This document shows, piece after piece, positions 28,796-36,986 of a DNA stretch of 64,000 bases. Under the pieces are notes generated by a model. It saw nothing but the letters and a program-made list of their open reading frames with translations, made no database searches and had not been told where the DNA came from. The stretch's first letter is position 1; each line of letters begins with the position of its first letter. The DNA lies in NCBI GenBank assembly GCA_049698775.1, contig JBAVYM010000041.1, positions 5,691-69,690 of the forward strand, given 5' to 3'. This DNA is from Gammaproteobacteria bacterium. Its GTDB lineage: Bacteria; Pseudomonadota; Gammaproteobacteria; Natronospirales; REEB76. The position numbers and the translations under genes were made by a program.

Positions 28796-29182
28796 TCAGT
28801 GCTTGAAGCGTGTGTTGCCTGGATCCACGCCGAGTGTCCAGGACGGCGGATCGCTGGCCGGAAATGTGCCGTCCAGTTCCGCATCAATGCGGCGCTCGCA
28901 TTCCGCGATGTGCTGGCCGGCAGGATCTTTGGTCGCCGGCGATTCCGACGGTTGCGACGATACGCCCGCGGCCGTGTGCGGTGCGATATGGGTTTGCAAA
29001 TAATGTTTGTAAAACAAATATGACACGATGAACGCCCTCCTGTACTGGGTTGTGGAGGCGAAATGTGCGGGATTCAATACCGCACGCCGGTAGATGCGCA
29101 GTGTCTGACGGGCATAATGACGAGCGGCGGTACGTCCGCTGCGCGCGACGATCCCGTCAATAATGGTCTTATCCACATTCAC
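28796..29182 (-). CDS. Hypothetical protein coupled to lipA
   Basis: The GTG start overlaps the lipA stop (GTGA). It is 128 aa with a C-terminal [10 protein letters not shown] motif seen in small uncharacterised proteobacterial proteins. Its position in a tightly packed operon supports coding. Confidence 0.5.
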   Translation of the reverse strand: MNVDKTIIDGIVARSGRTAARHYARQTLRIYRRAVLNPAHFASTTQYRRAFIVSYLFYKHYLQTHIAPHTAAGVSSQPSESPATKDPAGQHIAECERRIDAELDGTFPASDPPSWTLGVDPGNTRFKH

Positions 29183-30171
29183 GCGACCAAGCCCACGTTA
29201 TTGTGCTCCAGAACGCGCTCGGCACGGTAACTGGAGCGTACCAGCGGTCCCGCTACGGCCTCGGTGAAGCCCTTCTTGAGCGCGAACTCCCTATACGCGC
29301 GGAATTCGGCGGGCGTCACATAACGCTGTACCGGCAAATGGTTTTGCGTGGGCCGCAGATACTGGCCCAGTGTCACGATATCCACGCCCGCACCACGGAT
29401 GTCATCGAGTGTCCCGGAAATTTCCGCGTCGGTTTCGCCCAAGCCCAGCATCAAGCTGGTTTTGGTCAGCACATCCGGCTGCTGCTGTTTTGCGAATGCC
29501 AGCACCGTGAGTGTCTGTGCGTAGCCAGCGCGCGGATCGCGCACGCACGCGGTCAGCCGTTCGACGGTTTCGAGATTCTGGGCAAAGACCTTTACTTCCG
29601 CGGACAGCACCGTGGCGACCGCAGCGTGGTCGCCGCCGAAATCCGGCGTCAGCGCTTCCACGGCCGTATCCGGCGTGCGTGCATGAATGGCGCGGATGCA
29701 GGCGGCGTAATGCGCCGCACCGCCGTCGGGCAGATCGTCCCGGTCCACCGAGGTCAGCACCACGTATTTGAGGCGCATGAGTTCGACCGCTTCGGCCACG
29801 TGTACCGGTTCGAACGGATCCAGCCAGCCGTGCGGATTGCCGGTATCCACGGCGCAGAACTTGCAGGCGCGGGTACACACTGAACCCATGAGCATGAGCG
29901 TCGCGGTACCGCGGCCCCAGCACTCGGCAATGTTGGGGCACATGGATTCTTCGCACACCGTGTGCAATTTGTGCTCATGCACGATGCCGTGTACCGTCTG
30001 GTAGCGGCCGCCGGATGGCGGGCGGATCCGCAACCACGGTGGTTTCGGCAACGCTTCGAGTGGTTCGCCGGCGTGCGTGGCGCGGAGCCCGTGTTTGACT
30101 GCGTGAATGCCTTCCGCCGTGACGAACTTTTCGCCACTGTGCGGTGGCGATTTAATGCGCTTATCCGGCAT
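29179..30171 (-). CDS. lipA: Lipoyl synthase LipA (radical SAM)
   Basis: It has the auxiliary cluster motif [12 protein letters not shown] and the radical-SAM motif [10 protein letters not shown], plus the C-terminal ...[10 protein letters not shown]. Confidence 0.95.
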   Translation of the reverse strand: MPDKRIKSPPHSGEKFVTAEGIHAVKHGLRATHAGEPLEALPKPPWLRIRPPSGGRYQTVHGIVHEHKLHTVCEESMCPNIAECWGRGTATLMLMGSVCTRACKFCAVDTGNPHGWLDPFEPVHVAEAVELMRLKYVVLTSVDRDDLPDGGAAHYAACIRAIHARTPDTAVEALTPDFGGDHAAVATVLSAEVKVFAQNLETVERLTACVRDPRAGYAQTLTVLAFAKQQQPDVLTKTSLMLGLGETDAEISGTLDDIRGAGVDIVTLGQYLRPTQNHLPVQRYVTPAEFRAYREFALKKGFTEAVAGPLVRSSYRAERVLEHNNVGLVA

Positions 30172-30235
30172 CGTGCCAAACCTCCATGAACCCCTTGGCT
30201 CGCTTCAAGGCTAGACCTGCAGCCGCCATCCGGCC

Positions 30236-30249
30236 TTGATGCGTATCAA
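30236..30249. promoter_or_regulatory. FNR/Dnr-type box TTGATGCGTATCAA upstream of lipA
   Basis: This is a perfect TTGAT-N4-ATCAA palindrome. It is intergenic, with its centre ~71 nt upstream of the lipA ATG at 30171. Confidence 0.7.
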
Positions 30250-30391
30250 GGCGGGGAAGGTGCCCAAGTCCTAAAGTTCTGCGCAGTCTAAACCCTGAGT
30301 GAGCGCAGTGTCGCAGTAGTTTGAAGCCGCGCGTGTAGGCGAAATTGCCAACCGGTCCAAGCCACAAGCGAACGTTCTTGATGTCCGTACA

Positions 30392-30595
30392 TTGATTCCC
30401 ATGGAGTGCCTCCGCCTGATTTTCGAGACCTGCAAGAATCTCCAGACCGACGATAGCTTCCTGCCGGTCAACGACCATGATCCGAAGCCGCTCTATTACC
30501 AGTTCGAGGCCGAACACAACGGCGAATTCTCGTGGCAATATCTGGAACAGGGACCGACCGCCTGGCGTGTCGAAATCGGTCGCACGGTCGCCTGA
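30392..30595 (+). CDS. Small hypothetical protein (67 aa)
   Basis: The ORF has somewhat lower GC than the flanks and is followed 25 nt later by a canonical stem-loop/T-run terminator. I did not recognise a family. Confidence 0.4.
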   Translation: MIPMECLRLIFETCKNLQTDDSFLPVNDHDPKPLYYQFEAEHNGEFSWQYLEQGPTAWRVEIGRTVA

Positions 30596-30620
30596 ACGTT
30601 TCCCGCTAACAATACACACG

Positions 30621-30649
30621 GAGCGGGCCGTTGGCCCGCTCTTTCATTT
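30621..30649 (+). terminator. Rho-independent terminator
   Basis: GAGCGGGCC-gtt-GGCCCGCTC is followed by TTTCATTT. Confidence 0.7.
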
Positions 30650-30699
30650 CCGCGCGTGGCGCGTTACGCTGCGCAGCATTTCCACATCAGACCGGAATC

Positions 30700-32370
30700 A
30701 TGAAACACCGACTCGCCGGCTGTCTGCTGCTGTTGTGTCTGCCGCTGCTGGCACTGGGCGCACCGCTCAAGCCCGGCCACGATGCCGTGGCCAGCGCCCA
30801 GCCTTTTGCCACGCAGGCAGGCATGCAGGTGATGCGTGAGGGCGGCAACGCTTTCGACGCGGCGGTGGCGGTGAGCGCGGCGCTCGCGGTGGTCGAGCCG
30901 TACAGTTCCGGTATCGGCGGCGGCGGCTTCTGGCTGCTGCATGCTGCCAAGACCGGCAAGAACATGGTGGTGGATGGCCGCGAATACGCACCCGCGGCGG
31001 CCACCGCGACAATGTACCAGGACAAGAACGGCAACGTGATCCCCGGCGCTTCGTTGAACGGGCCATTGTCGGCCGCGATCCCCGGCGAAATCGCGGCGCT
31101 GGCTTACATCAACCGGCATTACGGCAAGCTGACATTCGCGCAGGACCTGGCGCCGGCCATCAAACTGGCGCGCGACGGTTTTCCGCTGGACCGCAGGTTT
31201 CACGAGATGCTGGTCAGCCGCGAGCAGAAGCTGAAGCAATGGCCGGCAGCCTGGAAAGTTTTTTATCCGAACGGCCAGGTGCCGCCCACCGGATATATGT
31301 TGAAACAACCGGACCTGGCCAATACCTTGGAGTTGATTGCCAAACACGGCCCGGCCGCGTTCTACACCGGCCCGCTGGCCACGCAAATGGTGGATGCGGT
31401 GCGCGCCAATGGCGGCATCTGGTCGCTGGATGATCTGCGCAATTACCAAATCAAGTTGCGCACGCCGATGACCGGTGACTATCGCGGCATGCGCATTGTG
31501 ACGGTGCCGCCGCCATCTTCGGGTGGTATCGTGATGCTGGAAGCGCTCAATATTCTTTCCGATTACGATCTGGCGCACGACAGCGATCTGATGCGGAAAC
31601 ATTTTGTCATAGAGGCCATGCGCTACGCTTACCGTGATCGTGCGGATTATCTGGGCGATCCGGATTTCGTGAAGATGCCGATTACGCGGCTGTTAAGTCC
31701 GTATTACACCGCCGGTTTGCGCGCTGCGATTCTGCCGGATCGCGCCACGCCCAGCAGCGGACTCGCACCGGTGACGCCGGAAGCGCCCGAGAGCCAGCAC
31801 ACCACCAGCATCGCTGTCATGGACTCGGACGGCAACATGGTGGGTGCGACTTTCACGGTGAATTTCCGTTTCGGTTCCGGCTTCATGCCGTCGCACACCG
31901 GCGTGATTCTGAACGACGAGATGGACGATTTCGTGTCCAAGCCGGGCGTGGCCAACGGTTACGGCCTGGTAGGCAATTCTGCCAACGAGATCGCGCCGCA
32001 CAAGCGGCCGCTGTCGAGCATGATGCCCACGTTCCTGTATACCCCGCACGGGCAGGCGATTTTGGGTACACCCGGCGGCAGCCGCATCATCAGCATGGTG
32101 CTGCTCGGTACGCTCAATTACTTCAACGGCGGCGATGCCGAGAGCATCGTCAGCATTCCGCGCTACCACATGCAGTACTTGCCGGACGCAGTATTCTACG
32201 AACCGGGTGCGTTCACACCGGATGAAATCAGCGGCCTGGGAAAAATGGGCTACACGCTCAAGGAATCCCGTCAGTACGGCAACATGCAGTCCATCACCTG
32301 GGATTACCAAACCGGCAAGGTGACGGCGGCCGCCGACCCGCGCGACGTCGGCACGGCGGAGGTCAAATAG
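30700..32370 (+). CDS. ggt: Gamma-glutamyltransferase
   Basis: It has a signal peptide, then ...SGIGGGGFWLLH..., and the autoprocessing site context ...ESQHTTSIAVMD (Thr nucleophile). Confidence 0.9.
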   Translation: MKHRLAGCLLLLCLPLLALGAPLKPGHDAVASAQPFATQAGMQVMREGGNAFDAAVAVSAALAVVEPYSSGIGGGGFWLLHAAKTGKNMVVDGREYAPAAATATMYQDKNGNVIPGASLNGPLSAAIPGEIAALAYINRHYGKLTFAQDLAPAIKLARDGFPLDRRFHEMLVSREQKLKQWPAAWKVFYPNGQVPPTGYMLKQPDLANTLELIAKHGPAAFYTGPLATQMVDAVRANGGIWSLDDLRNYQIKLRTPMTGDYRGMRIVTVPPPSSGGIVMLEALNILSDYDLAHDSDLMRKHFVIEAMRYAYRDRADYLGDPDFVKMPITRLLSPYYTAGLRAAILPDRATPSSGLAPVTPEAPESQHTTSIAVMDSDGNMVGATFTVNFRFGSGFMPSHTGVILNDEMDDFVSKPGVANGYGLVGNSANEIAPHKRPLSSMMPTFLYTPHGQAILGTPGGSRIISMVLLGTLNYFNGGDAESIVSIPRYHMQYLPDAVFYEPGAFTPDEISGLGKMGYTLKESRQYGNMQSITWDYQTGKVTAAADPRDVGTAEVK

Positions 32371-32374
32371 GATA

Positions 32375-32419
32375 CCTCACTTTGCCCCCTCTCCCTTTGT
32401 GGGAGAGGGAAGGGTGAGG
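32375..32419. repeat. REP-like nested hairpin CCTCAC..CCCCCTCTCCC-tttgt-GGGAGAGGG..GTGAGG
   Basis: It is seen directly between ggt and murB and belongs to the same CTCTCCC/GGGAGAG family as 11350-11373. Confidence 0.5.
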
Positions 32420-32440
32420 GGTCTGCGTTCTGCATCTTCC

Positions 32441-33463
32441 ATGACATCGCCCTATATATTCACGCGCAACGCCCAGCTCGACCGGCGTAACACTTTTCGC
32501 GTGCCGGCGCGTGCTGCTTGGCTCGCGGAAATCCATACGCCGGCGGCACTGCCTGAAGTGCTGGCGCGTCCCGAAGTGAACGACCGGCCGATGTTGGTGC
32601 TCGGCGAAGGCAGTAACGTGCTGTTCACACGCGATTTCGACGGCTTGGTGCTCGCCATGGTGAATCGCGGCATCGAAGTGCTGGAAGATACCGGCGAGAC
32701 TGTGCGCCTGCGCGCGCAGGCGGGCGAGGATTGGCACGGCTTGGTGCGCTGGTCGCTGTCGCAGAAATTGTGCGGCCTGGAAAACCTGTCGCTGATTCCC
32801 GGCACGGTGGGTGCCGCGCCCATCCAGAACATCGGCGCCTACGGCGCGGAACTCGCGGAGACCCTGGAGACGGTGGAGGCTTACGACCGCGAAGCACGGG
32901 AATTCGTGTGCTTGAGTCGTGCGCAATGCGAATTCAGTTACCGTCAAAGCGTGTTCAAACGCCAGCCGGAGCGCTGGATTATCAGCGCCGTGGAATTGCG
33001 CTTGCGTCGTTCCGCGCCCCTGAAGCTGGATTATGCCGGCGTGCGCGAGGAACTGGCGGCGATGAATGTGCACGCGCCTACAGCGGCGAATGTCTCGGAA
33101 GCGATCTGTCGGCTGCGCCGGCGCAAGCTGCCGGACCCCGCGGTGATTGGCAATGCCGGCAGTTTCTTCAAAAACCCGGTCGTTTCCAACGGCGAAGCGG
33201 AAATACTGCAAGCCGCGCATCCTGGATTGCCGGTGTTCAACACGCCGGACGGCAGGAAACTGAGCGCCGCCTGGTTGATCGAGCGCTGCGGCTGGAAGGG
33301 TTTCCGCGAGGGCGACGCCGGCGTCTCCGAAAAACATGCGCTGGTGCTGGTGAACCACGGCCACGCCACGGGCGCGCAAATTTGGTCGCTGGCGCAGCGT
33401 ATCCGCGATTCGGTGCAAGAGAAATTCGGCATCCGGCTGGAGCCAGAGCCGCGCGTTGTTTGA
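32441..33463 (+). CDS. murB: UDP-N-acetylenolpyruvoylglucosamine reductase MurB
   Basis: NTFRVPARAAW, LVLGEGSNVLF, IPGTVGAAPIQNIGAYG and GNAGSFFKNP are present. Confidence 0.95.
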   Translation: MTSPYIFTRNAQLDRRNTFRVPARAAWLAEIHTPAALPEVLARPEVNDRPMLVLGEGSNVLFTRDFDGLVLAMVNRGIEVLEDTGETVRLRAQAGEDWHGLVRWSLSQKLCGLENLSLIPGTVGAAPIQNIGAYGAELAETLETVEAYDREAREFVCLSRAQCEFSYRQSVFKRQPERWIISAVELRLRRSAPLKLDYAGVREELAAMNVHAPTAANVSEAICRLRRRKLPDPAVIGNAGSFFKNPVVSNGEAEILQAAHPGLPVFNTPDGRKLSAAWLIERCGWKGFREGDAGVSEKHALVLVNHGHATGAQIWSLAQRIRDSVQEKFGIRLEPEPRVV

Positions 33464-33466
33464 TTC

Positions 33467-34006
33467 TTAACTCCGCCAATAAAAAAGATCTAGATGCACG
33501 CGAGCTACACCTTTACCTTTTTTCTGTGCGACCTGTTTCGCAAAATCCTGAAATCTTTTGTTATCGGCAGGTTGTAAATGGATTACCCCCTTCCATCTTG
33601 GTAATTCTTTGGCCCTCTGCCTACGCTGTTCTTTTTTAAGTTTTGCAGTGACTTGACGATCGAGCGGAACCTCAAGCCATCTTCTAAGCCTACCCAATCC
33701 ATATTCTTTACAAATATATCTGTTGTAGAAACACTCTTCTAGAAAAATATTTAGAAATTTGCGGGCACTTCCCCATTTTCTTCCATTTTTAGGCAATTTA
33801 TTTCTGAGATAATTTGTACGGTGGTTCAGAATTTTTATAAAGACATTCTCGTTCTGCACATTGGAGAATGTACTAAGCTTCAAATGAATCAGGTATTTAC
33901 GAGCTTTCCCGATGGTATTTGGGCGCATCCCGCGAGCAGCTGAGGCACTGATAGATATATTGGCAATTCTCTTTTGTGCCAGCTTTATAAGCTTTTTATT
34001 AGGCAT
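33467..34006 (-). CDS. Orphan, strongly basic hypothetical protein in a low-GC islet
   Basis: 179 aa from the ATG at 34006 (MPNKKLIKLAQKRI...). I hand-counted 40 G+C in the first 100 nt of the islet, versus >60% in the flanks. I recognised no family. Confidence 0.5.
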   Translation of the reverse strand: MPNKKLIKLAQKRIANISISASAARGMRPNTIGKARKYLIHLKLSTFSNVQNENVFIKILNHRTNYLRNKLPKNGRKWGSARKFLNIFLEECFYNRYICKEYGLGRLRRWLEVPLDRQVTAKLKKEQRRQRAKELPRWKGVIHLQPADNKRFQDFAKQVAQKKGKGVARVHLDLFYWRS

Positions 34007-34039
34007 CGCAACCCACCCTCTTAGAGACAAACGGTGGTC

Positions 34040-34438
34040 TTATAACGCGCTGAAAATCCCGCCGATCAGTGCGTTGGCCACGCCAAAACCGGCGCCCATT
34101 CCCAAGCCGCTCGTGACATTGCCCCAGAAGCCGCCGCCGCGCGGTGCCATCTGGCTGCTCCAGCCGCGCGCCTGCATGGTGGGATTGGGATGGGTATCGA
34201 GCTGCTGCTCCAGGTTGTGCATGTGTTCGGCCATCTGGTTGACCATGGCCGCGAGTTGCTGATTCTGGGACTGCACGTTGATGGCGATTTGTTTCAAGTC
34301 CAGCACCCACTCCTTGCCGGTCTGCGGATTGGGAGCGGCGCTGTTGAGTTTCTGCCCCAGTGCCTGGAATTGCTGGGCCAACTGTTGGGTTTGCTGCTCG
34401 ATCTGGGCGATCTGGTTGGTGGCGTCATCGTATTGCAT
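34040..34438 (-). CDS. Small Q-rich coiled-coil protein with C-terminal glycine-zipper segment
   Basis: The heptad-like Q/L-rich region (IAQIEQQTQQLAQQFQALGQKL; QNQQLAAMVNQMAEHMHNLEQQL) is followed by GGGFWGNVTSGLGMGAGFGVANALIGGIFSAL. Confidence 0.55.
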   Translation of the reverse strand: MQYDDATNQIAQIEQQTQQLAQQFQALGQKLNSAAPNPQTGKEWVLDLKQIAINVQSQNQQLAAMVNQMAEHMHNLEQQLDTHPNPTMQARGWSSQMAPRGGGFWGNVTSGLGMGAGFGVANALIGGIFSAL

Positions 34439-34514
34439 GGCGGTTCCCCTTGCAGTTGGTGCGGATGCGCCATTTTAGCTCCAAGCCACTAACCGCTGCC
34501 GACAAAATTTAAAT

Positions 34515-34586
34515 GTAGGTTGGGGTGAGCATAGCGAACCCCAACGAAACATCTGTTGGGGTTCGGAAGACCTCACCCCAACCTAC
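34515..34586. repeat. 72-bp MITE/REP-like element with 15-bp terminal inverted repeats GTAGGTTGGGGTGAG...CTCACCCCAACCTAC and an inner palindrome
   Basis: The inner arms are CGAACCCCAAC / GTTGGGGTTCG. The right 31 nt are shared (30/31) with 55337-55367. Confidence 0.6.
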
Positions 34587-34606
34587 TTTCGTACCCCCTC
34601 ATCCTG

Positions 34607-34631
34607 CTTCTCCCTCTGAAAGGGGGAGAAG
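34607..34631. repeat. REP-like hairpin CTTCTCCC-N9-GGGAGAAG
   Basis: It is seen directly just downstream of the btuB stop on the minus strand. Confidence 0.4.
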
Positions 34632-34653
34632 GGATAAAGTTGGAAGCGGTCCA

Positions 34654-36528
34654 TTATTTTGTGTACTCGAGCCGCACGAACAGCGAGCGGCCGACAGTGT
34701 TGTAGCCGGAAGCGGTCTGGTAATGCGTATCGAACAGATTTTCAAGGCTGCTGCTGATGGCGAAGCCGTGGCCGAGCGCGCGGCGCGCGGTCAGGCCCGT
34801 GAGCACGTAGCCGGCATCGGTGACCGGCAGGCCGGTGTTGAAATCCAGATCGCTGCGCGGACCGGTGACGATGACATGCACGCCGAAGCTGGTAGCGTCA
34901 TCGCGCCAGTCGAGCGCGGTAGTGAGTGTGCGTTCGGCGCGGCGCAGTAGCAGCGTGCCGGTGTTGAGGTTTTCGGGTTTCTGGAAAATCACATCCGTGC
35001 GCCAAGACCAATCGCGCTGCGTAAATTGGTAACCGGCTTCCAGGCCGCGCACGCGGGCGCGGGCGATGTTTTCGTTCTGACCGTTCAGATCCGCAGGCGT
35101 GACCACGAACTGAATCAGATTGTCCAGCTTGTCGCGGAACGCACTGAGCGTGAGGCTCTGGTCATCGCCGATTTTCTGGCGCAGGCCCAGCTCGAGGTTT
35201 TGCGAGGTCTCCGGTTGCAGGTCTGGATTGCCGCCGAAGCCGAAGCGCTCGTTGGCGCTCGGCGCGCGGAAACCGGTGCCGGTTCCGGCCGTGAGGCGAG
35301 TGTCGGCGGTCAGATCGTAGCCGTAGTCGGCGTTCCAGGTGAGGTGATTTCCGAACGCCTGGTCATGGGTGTCGCGCGCCGCCAGCACCAGACGGTACGG
35401 GCCGGCGTGGATATCGTCCTCGGCATAGAGCGCGTTGATGTGGTCGGTCTGGTCGAAACCGGAACCGAACGACAACGCGGAAGCGTGCTGCGCTTCGGAA
35501 TACAGACCGGCGGTGAACAATTGGTACTCGCCCACGGCCACGTCGTTTTGCCAATCCACCGCGTTGCGCTGGGTGTGCACGAAATCGGGTATCTGCTGCG
35601 GATTAAGGGGGTCGGCTTGCAGTTGGTCAATTTCGTCGAGCATGTGACTGAGATTCAGGTTGCTGCGCCAGTCGGTGAGGAAATGGCCGGTGAAATCCAT
35701 GCTTGATGCCTGATTGCCAAAGTTTTCATCAAAAGGCGCAAGGGCGAATGGTGGATTCGGCGAGAAATCCGTGAACTGGGTGTTGCCGCTGCTCTGCCAG
35801 TGCTTGAAATCCATGTCCAGACCGCCGAGGGTGGTGCGCCCGTAGGCATTCCAGGTGCGATCGGTATTGCCGTTGTCGGTGGTGGTGCCAGCGACCGCCG
35901 GGAAGCCGTCTGTATGGTAATCGTCGGCGGACACGCCGAAGGCGCTGTCACCTTGGCCGTAATCGAAATGGCCGCCGTTGTCGTATGTGCCGTAGCGACC
36001 GGCGCCGGCGTGGGCGCCGTAGTGCGTGCCCTCACTCGCCTGCTTGGTGATGATGTTGATGACGCCGCCGATGGCGTCGGAGCCGTAGAGTGCGGCGCGC
36101 GGGCCTTTGACGATTTCGATGCGCTCGATGTCGTTCAAGCGCAGATTGGCGAGCGGCGCGCCACTGCCATCGGCGGGATTGATTTTCACACCGTTGAGCA
36201 TCACCAGCGTCTGGTTGCTGTTGGTGCCGCGCAGGAACAGCGAAGTCGGCTGGCCGGGGCCGCCATTCTGAGCAATGTCGAATCCCGCATATTGCTGCAA
36301 TACCTGCGCGATGCTTTGCGCGCCCGAGAGCTGTATCTGCTGAGCGGTAATCACGATGACCGGCGCGACCTCCTGGTCCGCGATGAGCGGTGTGCGCGTG
36401 GCAGTGACGGTGATGGGTGAACCGAGGCTGACGGCGCCGTTGTCATCCTGTGCGGAAACGGAAAACGCGGCAAACAGCGCGAGCGCGCCGCCCGCGAGAG
36501 TGAAATAACGCATGTGAATCTCCCGCAC
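34654..36528 (-). CDS. btuB: TonB-dependent vitamin B12 outer-membrane transporter
   Basis: It has a signal peptide, a TonB-box-like ITVTATRTP, a plug domain (...GGVINIITK...) and a beta-barrel. It lies directly downstream of a cobalamin riboswitch. Confidence 0.85.
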   Translation of the reverse strand: MREIHMRYFTLAGGALALFAAFSVSAQDDNGAVSLGSPITVTATRTPLIADQEVAPVIVITAQQIQLSGAQSIAQVLQQYAGFDIAQNGGPGQPTSLFLRGTNSNQTLVMLNGVKINPADGSGAPLANLRLNDIERIEIVKGPRAALYGSDAIGGVINIITKQASEGTHYGAHAGAGRYGTYDNGGHFDYGQGDSAFGVSADDYHTDGFPAVAGTTTDNGNTDRTWNAYGRTTLGGLDMDFKHWQSSGNTQFTDFSPNPPFALAPFDENFGNQASSMDFTGHFLTDWRSNLNLSHMLDEIDQLQADPLNPQQIPDFVHTQRNAVDWQNDVAVGEYQLFTAGLYSEAQHASALSFGSGFDQTDHINALYAEDDIHAGPYRLVLAARDTHDQAFGNHLTWNADYGYDLTADTRLTAGTGTGFRAPSANERFGFGGNPDLQPETSQNLELGLRQKIGDDQSLTLSAFRDKLDNLIQFVVTPADLNGQNENIARARVRGLEAGYQFTQRDWSWRTDVIFQKPENLNTGTLLLRRAERTLTTALDWRDDATSFGVHVIVTGPRSDLDFNTGLPVTDAGYVLTGLTARRALGHGFAISSSLENLFDTHYQTASGYNTVGRSLFVRLEYTK

Positions 36529-36589
36529 AGCACGCCCGCTGCGCGAAAACGTGGTGAAAACCAGCGTGGGGAGAAAGACGAGGGTTGAA

Positions 36590-36810
36590 CCCGCGCATTG
36601 CCCGCCGCAACGCTGATGCCGTTGCCTCGGGGCCGGTCTCCGGGCTCGCGAGCGGGTTTTCCCGGTCTGTCGCCTTCCCGCGCTTGTGCGCAGTGGCTTC
36701 GTGACAGACTTGTGCTCGCCTACCGTTGCGGGGGCAGCTCCGGCATTGTCGTGTGACGCACCGGCTTCCCGAGTGTCATCCGCGAAGATGACGCCTCAAG
36801 GCGGCGGGCA
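36590..36810 (-). promoter_or_regulatory. Cobalamin (AdoCbl) riboswitch in the btuB leader
   Basis: The minus strand contains, in canonical order, GGGAAGCCGGTG (36770-36759), AATGCCGGAGCTGCCCCCGCAACGGTA (36747-36721), GCCACTG (36697-36691) and the B12 box AGCCCGGAGACCGGCC (36646-36631). The boundaries are approximate. Confidence 0.85.
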
Positions 36811-36932
36811 ATCTAAAGCGTCGCCATGCTGCTGTCAAGCAAGTCGATGCTGTGTAAGCAGGATTCAGTTCCACGCAGCGACCATGCGCATTGCCAGCCG
36901 TTCCGATAAGCATTTTTGCTATCTGACTTGCG

Positions 36933-36966
36933 ACACAAAACAAAAGCCCCGCTGATGCGGGGCTTT
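36933..36966 (-). terminator. Rho-independent terminator after the lipoprotein gene (end of the btuCD-lipoprotein unit)
   Basis: The minus strand reads AAAGCCCCGC-atca-GCGGGGCTTT followed by TGTTTTGTG. Confidence 0.7.
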
Positions 36967-36986
36967 GTACTGTGGATCAAAAAAAT

